A DNA stretch of 64,000 nt from Octopus vulgaris (GCA_951406725.2 OX597814.1:152520001-152584000), one strand, 5' to 3'. Positions 25,706-38,966 are shown, counted from the first letter of the stretch. Notes: generated from the sequence alone by a model not told the origin. A program made the numbers and translations.

Positions 25706-25925
25706 CCCTTTAGCATTGAAACAGACCATATCTGGCCCCAAATTTTCTACCTATTTTATGCCCAAATCAGCTAGATCTGGCTTCTCACATCTACCCTACA
25801 CTGTCTTTCTAAAAATGAACAATCACATCAATGAAATCTCAAAGTTACAAGATAATTCATGATTAATTCAAGCCAATGTGAATAAAACAGCTTACATTTG
25901 ACAGAATAATCTGAATGCTAAAGGG
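25706..25925 (-). mobile_element. piggyBac-type MITE (family 1), complete, 220 bp
   Basis: Perfect TIR CCCTTTAGCATT/AATGCTAAAGGG with TTAA TSD on both sides. Confidence 0.92.
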
Positions 25926-25994
25926 TTAAGAAATAAGTGTAATTATTGCATGAGAATACAAATAATAGATTTCTTTGCTGCATTTGTTTAAGTA

Positions 25995-26185
25995 AATAGA
26001 TAGATAGGGCCTCCATCGGTCATGGCTGACCATGGATGATGTCATCCGTCCATTGAGTTGTCTATTCAGTTTTTGCAATGCCTCCTGTGGCTGTAGAGAC
26101 CGATGCGAGAATGGCAGTCTCGTTTGCAGAGGTCACACCTATACGTTGAATCCAGTCTGTTGGCTGTCATTTCTTTTCTGCAGGC
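25995..26185 (-). mobile_element. RTE (BovB-like) LINE 3' fragment from a second family
   Basis: YRCDLCKRDCHSRIGLYSHRRHCKN* C2H2-like terminus and (TATC)n tail. Confidence 0.8.
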
Positions 26186-26233
26186 TCAGTTTAAGTAAAT
26201 ATTTATCTATATAAATACACACACACACATGTA

Positions 26234-26572
26234 GAATAAGTTGGAGTCAACAAGAAGGAGTGCAGTTGGACATTTATTTGTAATCACTACAATTGTTTCC
26301 ATACAACATAGTTCTCCAGGCTTGCAGTTGTTTGGTTATGTAACTGTTTCCCTGCATTATGATAACTAGTTGTGTTTCCTCAGGCAATATATAAATATTG
26401 TCTCCTGAGGAATAAATATTGCTTTAGGAAACACCACTTGATCTCATAATGCAGGAAAACTGTTACATAACCAAATACCTGCAAGCCTGGAGAACTACAT
26501 TGCATGGAAACAACTGTAGTGATTACAAACAAATAGTCAATTGTATCTCTTCGTGTTGACTCCAATTTATTC
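26234..26572. repeat. Long imperfect palindrome, about 340 bp
   Basis: GAATAAGTTGGAGTCAAC...GTTGACTCCAATTTATTC; the arms pair over most of their length. Confidence 0.9.
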
Positions 26573-27365
26573 AATTATCTATTCACATACTACAGAAGCC
26601 CCAACACAAATCTGGCAGTACGTATAATACTACTACTGGATAGCACCAGATGAAATCTGAAGGTGGACAAGCTTTAGACTGTATTCTACTATGTTCTTAA
26701 CAGAATATAACATTACAATATATATATGATGGCTGCCCCCTCGTTATCAAGTATGGCCATTGCACGAAGCTTAACTGTTATTGGTGCTGAGATCGAATGT
26801 GACTTTTATTTGCTTTTTAAGGATACACCCAGCTATTCAGTTGAGACTCACAGCACTATCATCAATCATGAACAATGTTGCTATCGAGCAATGTCTGTGC
26901 AAGAAGATTTTTTTTAAAGTGGGGAAAGGCTGTGCACTGAGTCAATCCCACTCACTAAGCAACAGCAGCCATAATCCGAAAAGAAGAACAAGTAAACATC
27001 ATCGGTAACCACTGAGCCACAGGTTTTATGTTGGAGTTATCCCAGTTACATGAGTTACCTTCTCCTAGAAGGATGCCCTAACAAAGGCTAGGAGTCCTTC
27101 ACTCCCAATGGTTTAACCACGCAATCAGGTATTCAGTCTGATTATTTCAGTCATGATACAGCCTTAATGCTCAGAATGTTATATATAAATGTACAAAAGT
27201 TCTAAACTTAATCATGTGTTCATTCACTAGAAACACATATATATTGATATATACATACATAAATATATATATATATATATTGATATATAGATATTGATAT
27301 ATACATAAATATATATATTGATATATACATACATATGTGTGTGAGTGTGTGTATGAATAAATAAA

Positions 27366-27733
27366 GCAAATGAAAGACGGAAGATGGAATATATGAGAAT
27401 TTATTATTAATCACGGCAACTGTTTAGACACATCTAGCATTGTGTTCATTTCGCATTTTTACCATCTGTTATTTTATTTTTGATCTATATAAATGAAAAT
27501 ATTTCCTCCATCTGGCTGCTTTTCTTTCCACAAAATGAGAAGTTACATTGTGGAACTGTTATTTTAACGAGTTATATCTATTTATCACCCGACAAGATAC
27601 ATCTGCACTGCCGGATGCTCCTGAACTAGTTGTTGAGTATCCTACCCATGAGGGATTGATGCTAGATGTATCAAAACAATCATCATGATTAATAATAAAT
27701 TCTCATGTATTCCATCTTCCGTCTTTCATTTGC
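27366..27733. repeat. Element with about 70-bp terminal inverted repeats
   Basis: GCAAATGAAAGACGGAAGATGGAATA...TATTCCATCTTCCGTCTTTCATTTGC. Confidence 0.85.
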
Positions 27734-29479
27734 CTTATACATAACAATCACTGTGAAAGTGACTATGCTATGCCAGTAAGCTACCACATGCAAACCATTC
27801 GTTTTATCATCCATTATATGAATAAATATATAAATATATATATATATCCATGTTGGATCGTTAGCCCCTACATGCAATTTTTTTCTCTCCTTGTTTCTCT
27901 CCTTGTTTTTTTTCTGTGTATCTTTCTGTCGAAGAGCATAGGCTCGAAACATAAAAGACTTGTTTTATTTCTATTCCTGAGCGCCATACTAATACATTAT
28001 TTGTTTGTACTCCACCTGCCTTCGTCTTTTGTTTATTTTCGTAAACCTTCCCGTTATATATATATATGTATGGCATTTGAGTTTCATATGGTGGCTTGTT
28101 CAAGCAGTTAACACAGATTTTGCAAAAAATTTTGACTCTACTCTTTGTATTGAGTCCTCCTTAGTATTGAGTCTTAGTACTGAGTCCTCCAATGTTCCAT
28201 TGTTATGCTTAAAACTTGCTTTAAAATAATAACCTCAATTTAATGTGTGTGTGCAAGTATGTATGAGCATAAGAGTGTTGGCATGTTGTGTGCAAGTGTG
28301 TGTGTGTGTGTGTGGCTAGGTGCCTTTTGCTGAAATATATCAACAAAGATCATCATTAAGGAAAAACAAAGTGTTTTCAAATAAAACTCTCCAAGGGGCT
28401 ATTTGTTTTTCCACTTTCGATAGTCCCTTATCACTTGCATTATCAAGTGACAAGGGATTATATATATGCAATGGAAACCTGTAATCAATTATTCTGTTGT
28501 TCATAAATTACTTGATACAAAATATTAAAAAAAAAGTATACAAAGGCAGAAAAAAAATAAGATGTGCAACAACTGTAGAGGAAGGTGTGTAGTACGATCG
28601 AATGAACAGCAATGCAAAGTCGAGAGACAGTTGGGGCAGTGCAAGACAGATGAAACGAAAAAAAAATAAAGAGAATAGCAAACACATCAGTTGGTTTGTC
28701 CACTGGTATGAGTGTGTTGGTGCAGACATGTTATATATAAGTGGATGTGGATAATACATGCTGATTATAGATGTGATAAGAGTTAGAAAGAAGTGAATGA
28801 TTCAGTGGACCTAAGATGAAACAGGTATAACAAACCTAAGATAAGGAGATGAACCCTAGACTGAGATTTCACATATGGAAAGATATAGAATCCAGCTCAA
28901 CATAGAAAAGTATTTACTATGATTAGTAATAATAATAAAGATCTTCATTTGTTTTCTTTCATCTTTGAATAAAAACAAAAGACACTGCCTATGACCTTTT
29001 AAAACCCCTTTCAGACTTGTGAGGAGGAGGAGGAGGAGGAGGAGAGAGATGTATCCTAAAACAGGAAGTCTGGCCTAAATACTTGCAAAAGAGTGAAGTT
29101 TACTAAAGGGAGCGAAGGACCAAGTGATAAAAAAAACGAAAAATAATTCATGAACTTTCGCATTTTCTAACCTAGTGAAGTTGGATTATTCTTCTGTTTC
29201 TTTTCATATCCATGGAAATATCAATCTTGTATTTCAATTAAAAAAATCTAACAGGTGGATTGAATTCTAATTATAAATGTAGGACATATGTCTAACTATG
29301 TTATAGTTGTTATATTCTTTTTATATTGTATACTTCTTTTTCTAAAAAACAAGTCAATGAGGAGGCATCTGTATGAACACTCTACCAGCAAGAAACAACA
29401 GTCATATCTACAGTACTGACTTACAAAAACATTTAATATACATTACAGTATATCATGGTTGCATAAGGAAATACCGCAT

Positions 29480-31985
29480 CCCTACAAGTCATTAATATCC
29501 ACATCCACACAACATAGACTAGTGAAGAATGTATCCCCACCCACCCCAGCAGGGACTAGTCATTAGTGACTTTAGACTTCAGGCCAGAAGGATGCTAAGA
29601 AGCAGGCCAATCTGGAAAAGAAGGATTTGGAAGCTTAAGGATCCTTTATATGGTCAGAGATTTAGGGACACACTAACTGAGAAATTTGATGAGAAGGAGG
29701 AAGAATTACAGACCTGTATCATAGAGGGCAACTGGGGGACAGATTACTGAATACCACAGACCAAATCTGCAGCTGATGCAAAGTCCCAACCAAACATCGG
29801 GTGACGTGGTGGTGGAATGATGTTGTACACAAGGTCATTAGAGCTAAAAAACAGGACTGGAAGAGTGGTGGTAGCAGGAAACTATATCAGGTAGTTATGA
29901 GAGAGGCTAGAAGACAGGTGTACACAGCCAGGGGAGAAGCAGAAAGGAGGAAGTTTGCCAATGTTCTGCATTATAAGGATCAAAGGCTTGAAGTGCTTCA
30001 AACTGATAAACAATGTGTCAGAGAAAGTCATGATGTGGTAAGGGAGAAATGTTTGCATAGATGATGGCTCACTTGCAGTTAGTGATTCTGCAAAGAAGGA
30101 GGCTTGGAAGTGCTACTATGAAAGGCTGCTAAATGTGGACCCAACAAATGCCAGCTATTTGAATCGACAGTAACTTAGTAAATGAAACAATTAAGGATAT
30201 AAAGACAGGGAAAGCCTCTAGCCACCATGCTTAAAATCTTTGGTGGAGTGGGATATAACCTGGTCACCCATATAGTCAATCAAGTTGTCCACAAGGGAGT
30301 CATACCCAATGACTGACATTATAATCAACTGCTACAAAAGCAAAGGTGATACCCTTGACAGAAATAATTACAGGGATATCAAATAGCTGGACCAGATGTT
30401 AAAAGTTGCAGAAAGGATAATAGATGAAATGCAGTTTGGATTTGTGCCAGGGAGAAGCACCATCAATGCTGTCTTCCTGGTGAGACAATGGCAGAAGAAA
30501 TACCTGGCCAAAAATAAACCCCTGTATCTGGCTTTTGTTGACATAGAGAAAGCTTTTGACAGAGTCCCCTGCTCCCTTATTTGGTGAGCAATGTGGAAGC
30601 TGGGGATAGGTGAGAGGTTAGTGAGAGTTGTGCAAACCATGTACAGGAATGCTGTTAGTAAGGTGAGAATCACAAATTAGTATAGGAAGGAGTTTAGTGT
30701 ACAAGTAAGAGTTCACCAGGTGTCAATTCTTATTCCCAACTCCAAGCTATAACTAAGGAATTTAAGACTGGATGCCCCTGGGAGCTCCTCTATGCTGATG
30801 ACCTTGTTCTTATTGCTGAATCACTACCAGAACTAAAGAAATTTCAGGTATGGAAGCAAGGTCTGGATTCAAAGGGCCTTAGAATTAATATAGCAAAGAC
30901 CAAAGTATTGATAAACAGGAAAACAGATAAATCACAAGCACCTTCAGGGAGATGGCCCTGCTTGATATGTAGAAAAGATGTCAGAAAAAACTCCATAAGG
31001 TGTACCCAGTGCAAGTTGTGGGCACGTAAGAGGTATCACTGGATGACAAATGGAAAAAGTAATCTTTTCATGTGGCAGACGTACAGGTACATTACACATC
31101 AGGAATGTACAAAAAAATAGACTCCCTCTTGTGCCAGGGGGGATCCCTAGAAGTAGTAGACAGTTTCCATTACTTAGGTGACCAAGTTAGTAGTGGGGGT
31201 GGTCATTCTGAAATCATAGCTGCTACAATAAGAATAGGCTGGGTGAAGTCCAGAGAGCTACTATCTCTGTTAGTAGCAAAGGGCATTTCCCTCAGAGTGA
31301 AAGGCAGATTGTATGATGCCTATGTACAGAGAGCTATGCTACATAGCAGTGAGACATGGACTGTGACTATTGAGGATATGTGAAGACTAGAAAGAAGTGA
31401 AGCCAGTAGCTTCACTAGATGGGTAATGTCAGTGTGCATATACAATAGAGGGTGATTTGAAAGAAAAAGTGGGTATATATAGCATCACATGTAGTGTGCT
31501 AGAGAGAAGACTGCGCTGGTATGAATGAGGATGGTTGCATCAAGAGGTGCTGATCTCAAATTGTAGAGGGAACATGTGGAAGAGGTAGACCCAGGAAGAC
31601 ATGGGATGAAGTGGTGAGAAAGGATCTACAAACGTTGGGACTCACAGAGAGGAGGACAAGGCACTGAAACTCCTGGCAATTTGCCATACTTAAAAAGACA
31701 TGCCAAGCTAAGTAAAATATGGTTGCCCTAACATCCAGGCTTGTTCTTTGAAACCCTCTCCAGCTGTGCTTCCCTAACCTTGCCACATAAAAAGTACCCA
31801 TGCCAGTGCTGTGTAAAAGTACCCAGTGGTTGGCATTAGGAAAGGCATCCAGCCATAGAAACCATACCAAAACAGACATGGAGCCTGAACAGCTCTTCAG
31901 CTGGCCAGCTATTGCTAAACTGTCCAACCCATGCCAGCATGGAAATGGATGTTAAATGATGATGATCATCATCATTATCATCGTC
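29480..31985 (+). mobile_element. Decayed 5'-truncated RTE LINE (copy 1)
   Basis: TWWWND, MQFGFVPGRST, LYLAFVDIEKAFDRVP, YADD, LEVVDSFHYLGD; many stops; (GAT)n tail. Confidence 0.93.
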
Positions 31986-32758
31986 GTCTTCAAAAAATGA
32001 GACATTGGAATTATGTTCATTTAGAATACACTATGGGAGAAAGGAAGATAGCTTGACTATGGCTTGAACACCTTTGATCATTGGTCTTTGGAACAGAGTT
32101 GATTGAAAGCTGAATAAAAGCAACTTTTAAAGAATGCTTCTAAATAACGACAGAAAACAATACAGAAGTGTAACAACCACAAGTGTATATAAACAAACTT
32201 TTTATAGGAAATATGGTTAGAGAATTAAAAGAATGAGTAGAGCAGCAAACACATTCATATTCATCTCTCTTACCAAAAGATTCAAAATAATATTAACCAA
32301 TGGCTAGTATTGCTTTCTCTTCAATAATTGCTTCTTTTTTATCATTATTAGTTGGCTTTTAATGCTCTCTATTTTAAATATGTTAACACTAACTTGACAA
32401 TTTTCTTTTTATCATTAAGCAGATGCTAGAACATTTTATTCTCTGAATATATTTCACTACAATTTACTTAGTGTTTTACTTAGTGATTCTCTGAATATAT
32501 TTCACTACATTTACTTAGTGATTCTTTCCTCATTACAAGCTTAGGAAGTAGGCATAAAATAATTCTTTCTACTAGAGGCACAAAACCTGGAATTTTGTGG
32601 AAAGGGGCTGGTTGATTACATTGACCCCTTTGCTCAATTGGTACTTCTTTTATCAACCATGAAAGGCCAACCTTGAAAGGATGAAAGCAAAATCAACCAC
32701 AGCTGAATTTGAAATCAGGGCATTAACTATAATGTTGGTGGTGGTGGTGATGATGATG

Positions 32759-34494
32759 AAATTCCTAGCCAAAGATAAACCTCTCTACTTGGCTTTCATT
32801 GACATGGAGAAAGCCTTTGACAGAGTCCCCCAATCCCTTATCCGATGGTCAATGTGGAAACTAGGGATGGATGAGTGGTTAGTGAGGGGTGCTGTCAGTA
32901 AGGTGAGGGTTGGCAACGAGCATAGTGAAGTTCACCAAGAATCAGTCCTCAGCCCCCTCTTGTTCATCATAGTCCTCCAGGCAATAACAGAGGAATTCAA
33001 GACAGGCTGCCCCAGGAGCTCTTCTATGCTGATGACCTTGCTCTAATAGCTGAGTCACTACTGGAACTAGAGAAGTTTCAGGTGTGGAAACAAAGTCTAG
33101 AATAGAAGAGCCTTAGAGTCAATCTAGCAAAAACCAAAGCCTTAGTAAGTAGGAAGGCAGACAAATCACAAATCCCTTCCGGTAGATGGCCCTGCTCAAT
33201 CTGCAGAAAAGGCATAGCTAGAAACTCCATAAGATGTACCTGGTGTAAGCTATGGACATATAAGAGGGGCAGCAACATCCAAGGAAGGTTAACTGGGAAG
33301 ATAGTTTTTGCGTGTGGCAGATGCACAGGGACAATAAACACCAAAGATGTACAGAAAACAGATTCCATCACATGCCAGGAGGAAAAACTAGAAGTAGTTG
33401 ATAGCTTCTGTTACCCAGGTGACCAAGTCAGTAGTGGGGGTGGATGCTCTGAGAGCATAGCTGCTAGAATAAGAATAGCCTGGACAAAATTCAGAGAGCC
33501 CCTACCGCTGCTGGTAACAAAGGTCTCTTGCTCAGAGTGAAAGGTAGACTGTATGATGCATGCATGTGAACAGCCATGTTACACGGCAGTGAAACATGGG
33601 CTGTGACTGCTGAGGACATGCATACGCTTGAAAGAAATAAAGCTAGTATGCTCCACTGGATGTGTAACGTCAGTGTGCATACATGACAGAGTAAGCACCC
33701 TGAGAGACATAAGAAATATCAGATGTGGTGTTCAAGAGAGACAACTGTGCTAGTATGGTCATGTGTTATGTATGGATGAGGATAGCTGTGTGAAGAAGTG
33801 TCGTAACCTAACAATGGAAGGAACTTATGGAAGAAGTAGACCCAAAAATATCTGGGATGAGCTGGTGAAACACAACCTTCGAATGTTGGGCCTCACAGAC
33901 AAGTGACTGAAGCCTTTGGAGATATGCTGTGCATAAGAAGACCCAGCCAGCCAAATGAGATCTTGTCCTTGGCTGATGCCAGTGTTGCATAACTGGCCCA
34001 TTTAAAAGTACCCTGCAATCATCGGGCAATGTGCTGTGCTTAAGAAGACCTGTTGAGTCAACTGAAATCGTTGTCGTGGCCAATGCCAGTGCCACCTGCT
34101 TCGCACCCATGCTGGTGGCACATAAAAGGCACCATTCAAGTGTCGCCAATGCTATTGCCGCCTGAGTGGCTCCTGTGCTGGTGGTACATATAAAGCACCA
34201 TCCAAACATGGTTGATACCAGTGCTACCTGACTGGTTCCCTTGCCAGTGGCATGTAAAAAAAGCACCACTCAAGCATGGTTGATGCCAGTGCCACCTGAC
34301 TGGCTCCCATGCCGGCGGCACATCAAAAGTACCCACTACACTATCGGAGTGGTTGGCATTAGGAAGGGCATCCAGCTGTAGAAACCTTACTAGAACAGAC
34401 TGGAGCCTGGTGCAGCCTCCTGGCTTGCCAGTTGCCAGTCAAACCATCCAACCCATACCAGAATCGAAAGCGAACATTAAAAGATGATGATGAT
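32759..34494 (+). mobile_element. Decayed 5'-truncated RTE LINE (copy 2) with a tandem-repeat 3' UTR
   Basis: KPLYLAFIDMEKAFDRVP, SVLSPLLFIIVL, YADD, (GAT)n tail. Confidence 0.93.
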
Positions 34495-35572
34495 ATCTAT
34501 CTGCTACAAAAATTGGACTTATCAATTAATTAGTAATTGGACTAAGTGATTAATAAATTTAAAAGAAAGACTGTAAATTATAGATTATATTAAAACCTAT
34601 TCCAACTCTTCTTCACTACTACCCCAACCACCACAAAAAAAAAGGAATTGCTGTAACTGAATAGCATCAAAAAAAATAATATAAATATATAAATATAATA
34701 TTATTATATGATTGAAAGCCACACATCCTTTTCCATTCCCACCAGTGGCCATGTGGTTAATCTACTAGTTTACCGACCTCATGATTATGAGTTCAAACAT
34801 TCCTGGTAGTTATAGAGTTGTAATTATTGCAATCTGAAGAAAGGTACATAATTTTGCCTCAGTCTACCTAGCTGATAAGAGACTCCACTTCCACTTCAGA
34901 ATAAAGTATGTAACAATAAAAACAAATAATAAACTATGTGCTGCAATAACACGAAGGTGTTCACAGTAACAAGGCACAATATCATCCTTCCTCCAACAAC
35001 AACAACGATAACAACAGCAATAACAATACCTCCAGGCTCTTGGGTTAACAAGGAAACAATGAATGGAAGACAGTCAAGAGAAATGAAAACAGAGTTGTCA
35101 CAATATTGTTAGTAATATCACTGTAAGAGAAGCAATATCAACATTTTGAATTAAGACAAAGAAAAAACAGACATTCATGCCTACACAATACAATCTGTGA
35201 GTGATCTACAACAGAAACATCAACAACAAAAACAAATAATTAACATGCAACCATGATAGACAAAAGCATAAGCAGACTATATTTCCTATTAAAACAAAAC
35301 AAGAAAAGCAAGCTGATATAAAGGTACTACTTATTATTAGCATCTAATTTCTTTCCCCTCCTCTCTCCATTCATGCTAGCACAGGTTGGACAGACAGATA
35401 ATTTATTAGTGTTAATATTAATTAAAAGCTGTAGATATATATATATATATAAAAAGAAAGGCAAAAGGGAGAAGAAGTAGAAAAAAAAAAGAAAATTATG
35501 ACCAATAGACACAAAAGGAATAAAAATAAATCATGAAAACTAATCAGCCAGTGAGATGAATGATTGTCATAC

Positions 35573-35683
35573 TTATGCCAGCACAGAAATGCTGAGTATT
35601 ATAATCGGCTGTTAAGATCTGTTTTATGAGATGTGATGATGCACGAGAAGTTTCTTGCCGGTTCAATGGTCTCCAGTCCCAAC
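35573..35683 (-). CDS. DEPDC5: Candidate 111-nt cassette exon (G)WDWRPLNRQETSRASSHLIKQILTADYNTQHFCAGI
   Basis: T-rich tract plus TGCAG/G acceptor, GTATGA donor, 37 codons with no stop, phase 1-1 like the host intron, non-repetitive sequence. Confidence 0.62.
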
Positions 35684-36214
35684 CTGCAATATAACAACAA
35701 CAATAACAAACAGATGTTATTACAAGGGTTCATACTGATAACGTTTTAGCCTGTATTGGGAACAGGCCACGGGGCACACAAATGTCTTTTTGCATACCAA
35801 ACTGAGCAGGCTGCAGGTACAACAAAACAGATTTGAGCACAGCCTTGAGGATTTTCATCGAATCAACTATCAAAATTCCAGCTGTAAATTTTAAAAAATT
35901 TCCTAAAATATTTCATTAATATATTTGACAAAAGTTATTTAGAGTCACAATAATTGCCACATGTGTAAAATATTTTGAACTTTACACATGTATTTTCAGA
36001 TTTGTTTTAAACATGCTTTGTTAATGATGACATGTTATTCGTGCCAGTCATAGCATTGCATTTAATGTCTGCTTTTTCCATGCAAAGATGTCTTTCACAG
36101 GAATGAATTTACATAGGGTTTTTATAGTTGGATGCAATTCTGTTGACAGCCAGTCCTTCTTTCTCAAGTAAGAAATTGTTGCTCCAGGGGAATTTCAAAA
36201 GAACAGGGTTCTTT

Positions 36215-36320
36215 ACATATATATATATATATGTTTATATATACATACATGCAAAAACATATATATATACATACATACACAAACATATATATATATACAT
36301 ATATACATACCTACAAAAAC

Positions 36321-36351
<31 letters not shown>

Positions 36352-36397
36352 CCTACAAAAACATATATATATATATATATATATACATACCTACAAA

Positions 36398-36447
<50 letters not shown>

Positions 36448-36599
36448 CCTACAAAATATATATATATATATATATATATACATACCTACAAAAACATATA
36501 TATATATATATATATATACATACCTACAAAAAATATATATATATATATATATATACATACCTACAAAAACATATATATATATATATATATATATACAAA

Positions 36600-36665
<66 letters not shown>

Positions 36666-36701
36666 TACAAATACATACATATATACAAATACATACATAT
36701 A

Positions 36702-36752
<51 letters not shown>

Positions 36753-36760
36753 CATACATA
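36215..36760. repeat. Compound (TA)n array with recurring CATACCTACAAAAACA units
   Basis: Direct inspection. Confidence 0.95.
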
Positions 36761-36762
36761 TA

Positions 36763-38046
36763 TTGGGTTGTCCAGAAAGTTTGTGCTGATTTATAGTAGC
36801 TTACCTTTAGACTTATTTTAGAACATGGTTAAGTCCATCAAATAGGATTTGACTACACCTCCATTTAGAGCATAGTTTCAGCTATCTTTTCGTGGAAGAA
36901 GGTTTATGTTCCTATAACCTGTGTTAATTCTGTAACCCTTTAAAATGGAAGATAAGAAAGTTCCTTTTCAACACTTGATGATTTTCTTTTTCTGTAAAGG
37001 GAAAAATGTCTCACAGGCATCCAAAGAAATATGCGTAGTTTACGGTGATGTTTCTTTATCCGAAAGAACTGTATGGAAGTGGTTCGCAAGGTTCCAAGCT
37101 GGAGATTGTAGCTTATTGATAAAGAGCGATCAGGCAGACCATCCACTACAGATGATGACCAAATCAAGTTATTAATTGAGAATAACCCACATTGCACAAC
37201 TCGAGAATTGACAGAAAGCCTCAACCTATCAAAATCCATTGTTCATGAGCACCTGGTAAAGCTTGGGTACACAAATCGCTACGATGTTTGGATACCACAT
37301 GAATTGAGTAAGAAGAACCTTTTGGATCGCATTTCCATTTGTGATTCGCTTTATAAATGGAATGAAAACACACCTTTTTTTTAAGCAAATTGAGACAGGT
37401 GATGAGAAATGGATTATCTACTGAAATGTTCAGAGAAAGCAATCCTGAAGTAAGCGACATGAGCCACCTTTAGCCACCCCAAAAGCGGGTCTTCACCCTA
37501 AAAAAGTCTCGCTTTGTGTCTTGGTGGGATTGGAAAGGAATTCTGTACTGTGAGCTTCTCCCAAGTAACCAGACAATTAATTCTGAGAAATACTGCACAC
37601 AACTGGTTGAGTTAATAGCAGCAATTGAAGAGAAACGTCCAGAAATGGCCAACAGGAAGTGTGTTGTTTTCCAACATGATAATACAAGACTGCATGTTTC
37701 TTTGGGAACCAGGCAAAAATAGCTGCAGCTCGGCCGGGATGTGTTTCCCCACCTTCCATATTCACCAGATATTGCTCCTTCGAATTTCCACTTATTCAGG
37801 TCTCTGCAGAATAGTCTTATTGGTAAAAATTTCAATTCCTTGGATGACGTAATAAGATATCTCGATGAATTCTTTGCCATGAAACCACCTCAATTCTGGG
37901 AAGAGGGTATTTTCAAGTTAAAGGAAAGATGGAGAAACATTGTGCAACAAAATGGTTCATATTTGGTTGATTTAAAAGGTAATGGTAAGTATTTATTGAC
38001 CTTTTTCTTTCCTTTAAAAATCAGCACGAACTTTCAGGACAACCCA

Positions 38047-38047
<1 letters not shown>
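36763..38047 (+). mobile_element. Full-length (1285 bp) mariner with a disrupted DD34D-type transposase
   Basis: TIR TTGGGTTGTCC...GGACAACCCAA with TA TSD; ATG at 36945; WIPHEL, TGDEKW, WWDWKG, HDN, PYSPDIAPS.FHLF; frameshifts and stops. Confidence 0.95.
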
Positions 38048-38093
<46 letters not shown>

Positions 38094-38096
38094 GAC

Positions 38097-38137
<41 letters not shown>

Positions 38138-38770
38138 TTATATATATATACATATAATAATATGAATATATAAATATATGCATATATACATACATATATG
38201 TACACACACCTACATATATATGTATATATACATGCATATATGGATATAGGACATCAAAAAAACATAGACAGAATGAGAAACAAAAACATAAAAACAAAAA
38301 CATAGAAAAGAACTTTTTTTTCGAACAACGAAAAAAACAAACAGAAAAACGAGACATACAACATAAAGAATATTCCCTTTCTTCAGTTGTCCCTGTTTCA
38401 TCTACTCCACATTTCAAAGGCAAGGACAAGACGCGACTTCGTTGAAACAGTCATTCCTGCAAAGCTAATTAAATAAAATTTGGAATTTTTTGCAGAAGGT
38501 TAAAGTGGTAACAAGAACAGGACAGTGAGAACAAAACAGTAAAAAGAACAGGACAGTGAGAACAAGACAGTAAAACCAAACAGTGAGCGCTGTTAAGCCG
38601 AGATGATAGAAAATTTCTGAACGCGAGGAAAACGAGCTTATGAAGGAGACAGTATAAGCATATATTTTCTTTTCAAACGTTGTGGGCAGAAAAACAGATC
38701 ACCCTTCATCACGTGTCAGCGACGAGAGAGTCGAGGAGGAGGAGTGAGAGAGAGCGAACAGTGACGAGGT

Positions 38771-38772
<2 letters not shown>

Positions 38773-38834
<62 letters not shown>

Positions 38835-38895
38835 TATGTATATATATGTTTATATATATACATACATATATATATATATATACATATATACAAAC

Positions 38896-38966
<71 letters not shown>

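Noticed and set aside
28512-28572. Possible exon encoding hydrophobic VAHLIFFLPLYTFFLIFCI, alone or with a 20-nt piece near 29083-29102
   Set aside because: 61 nt is not frame-preserving, the combined reading hits TAA, and the hydrophobicity reflects poly-T composition
36945-37975. SETMAR/Metnase-like host gene
   Set aside because: No SET domain; bounded by TIRs and TA TSD and disrupted, so an ordinary mariner copy
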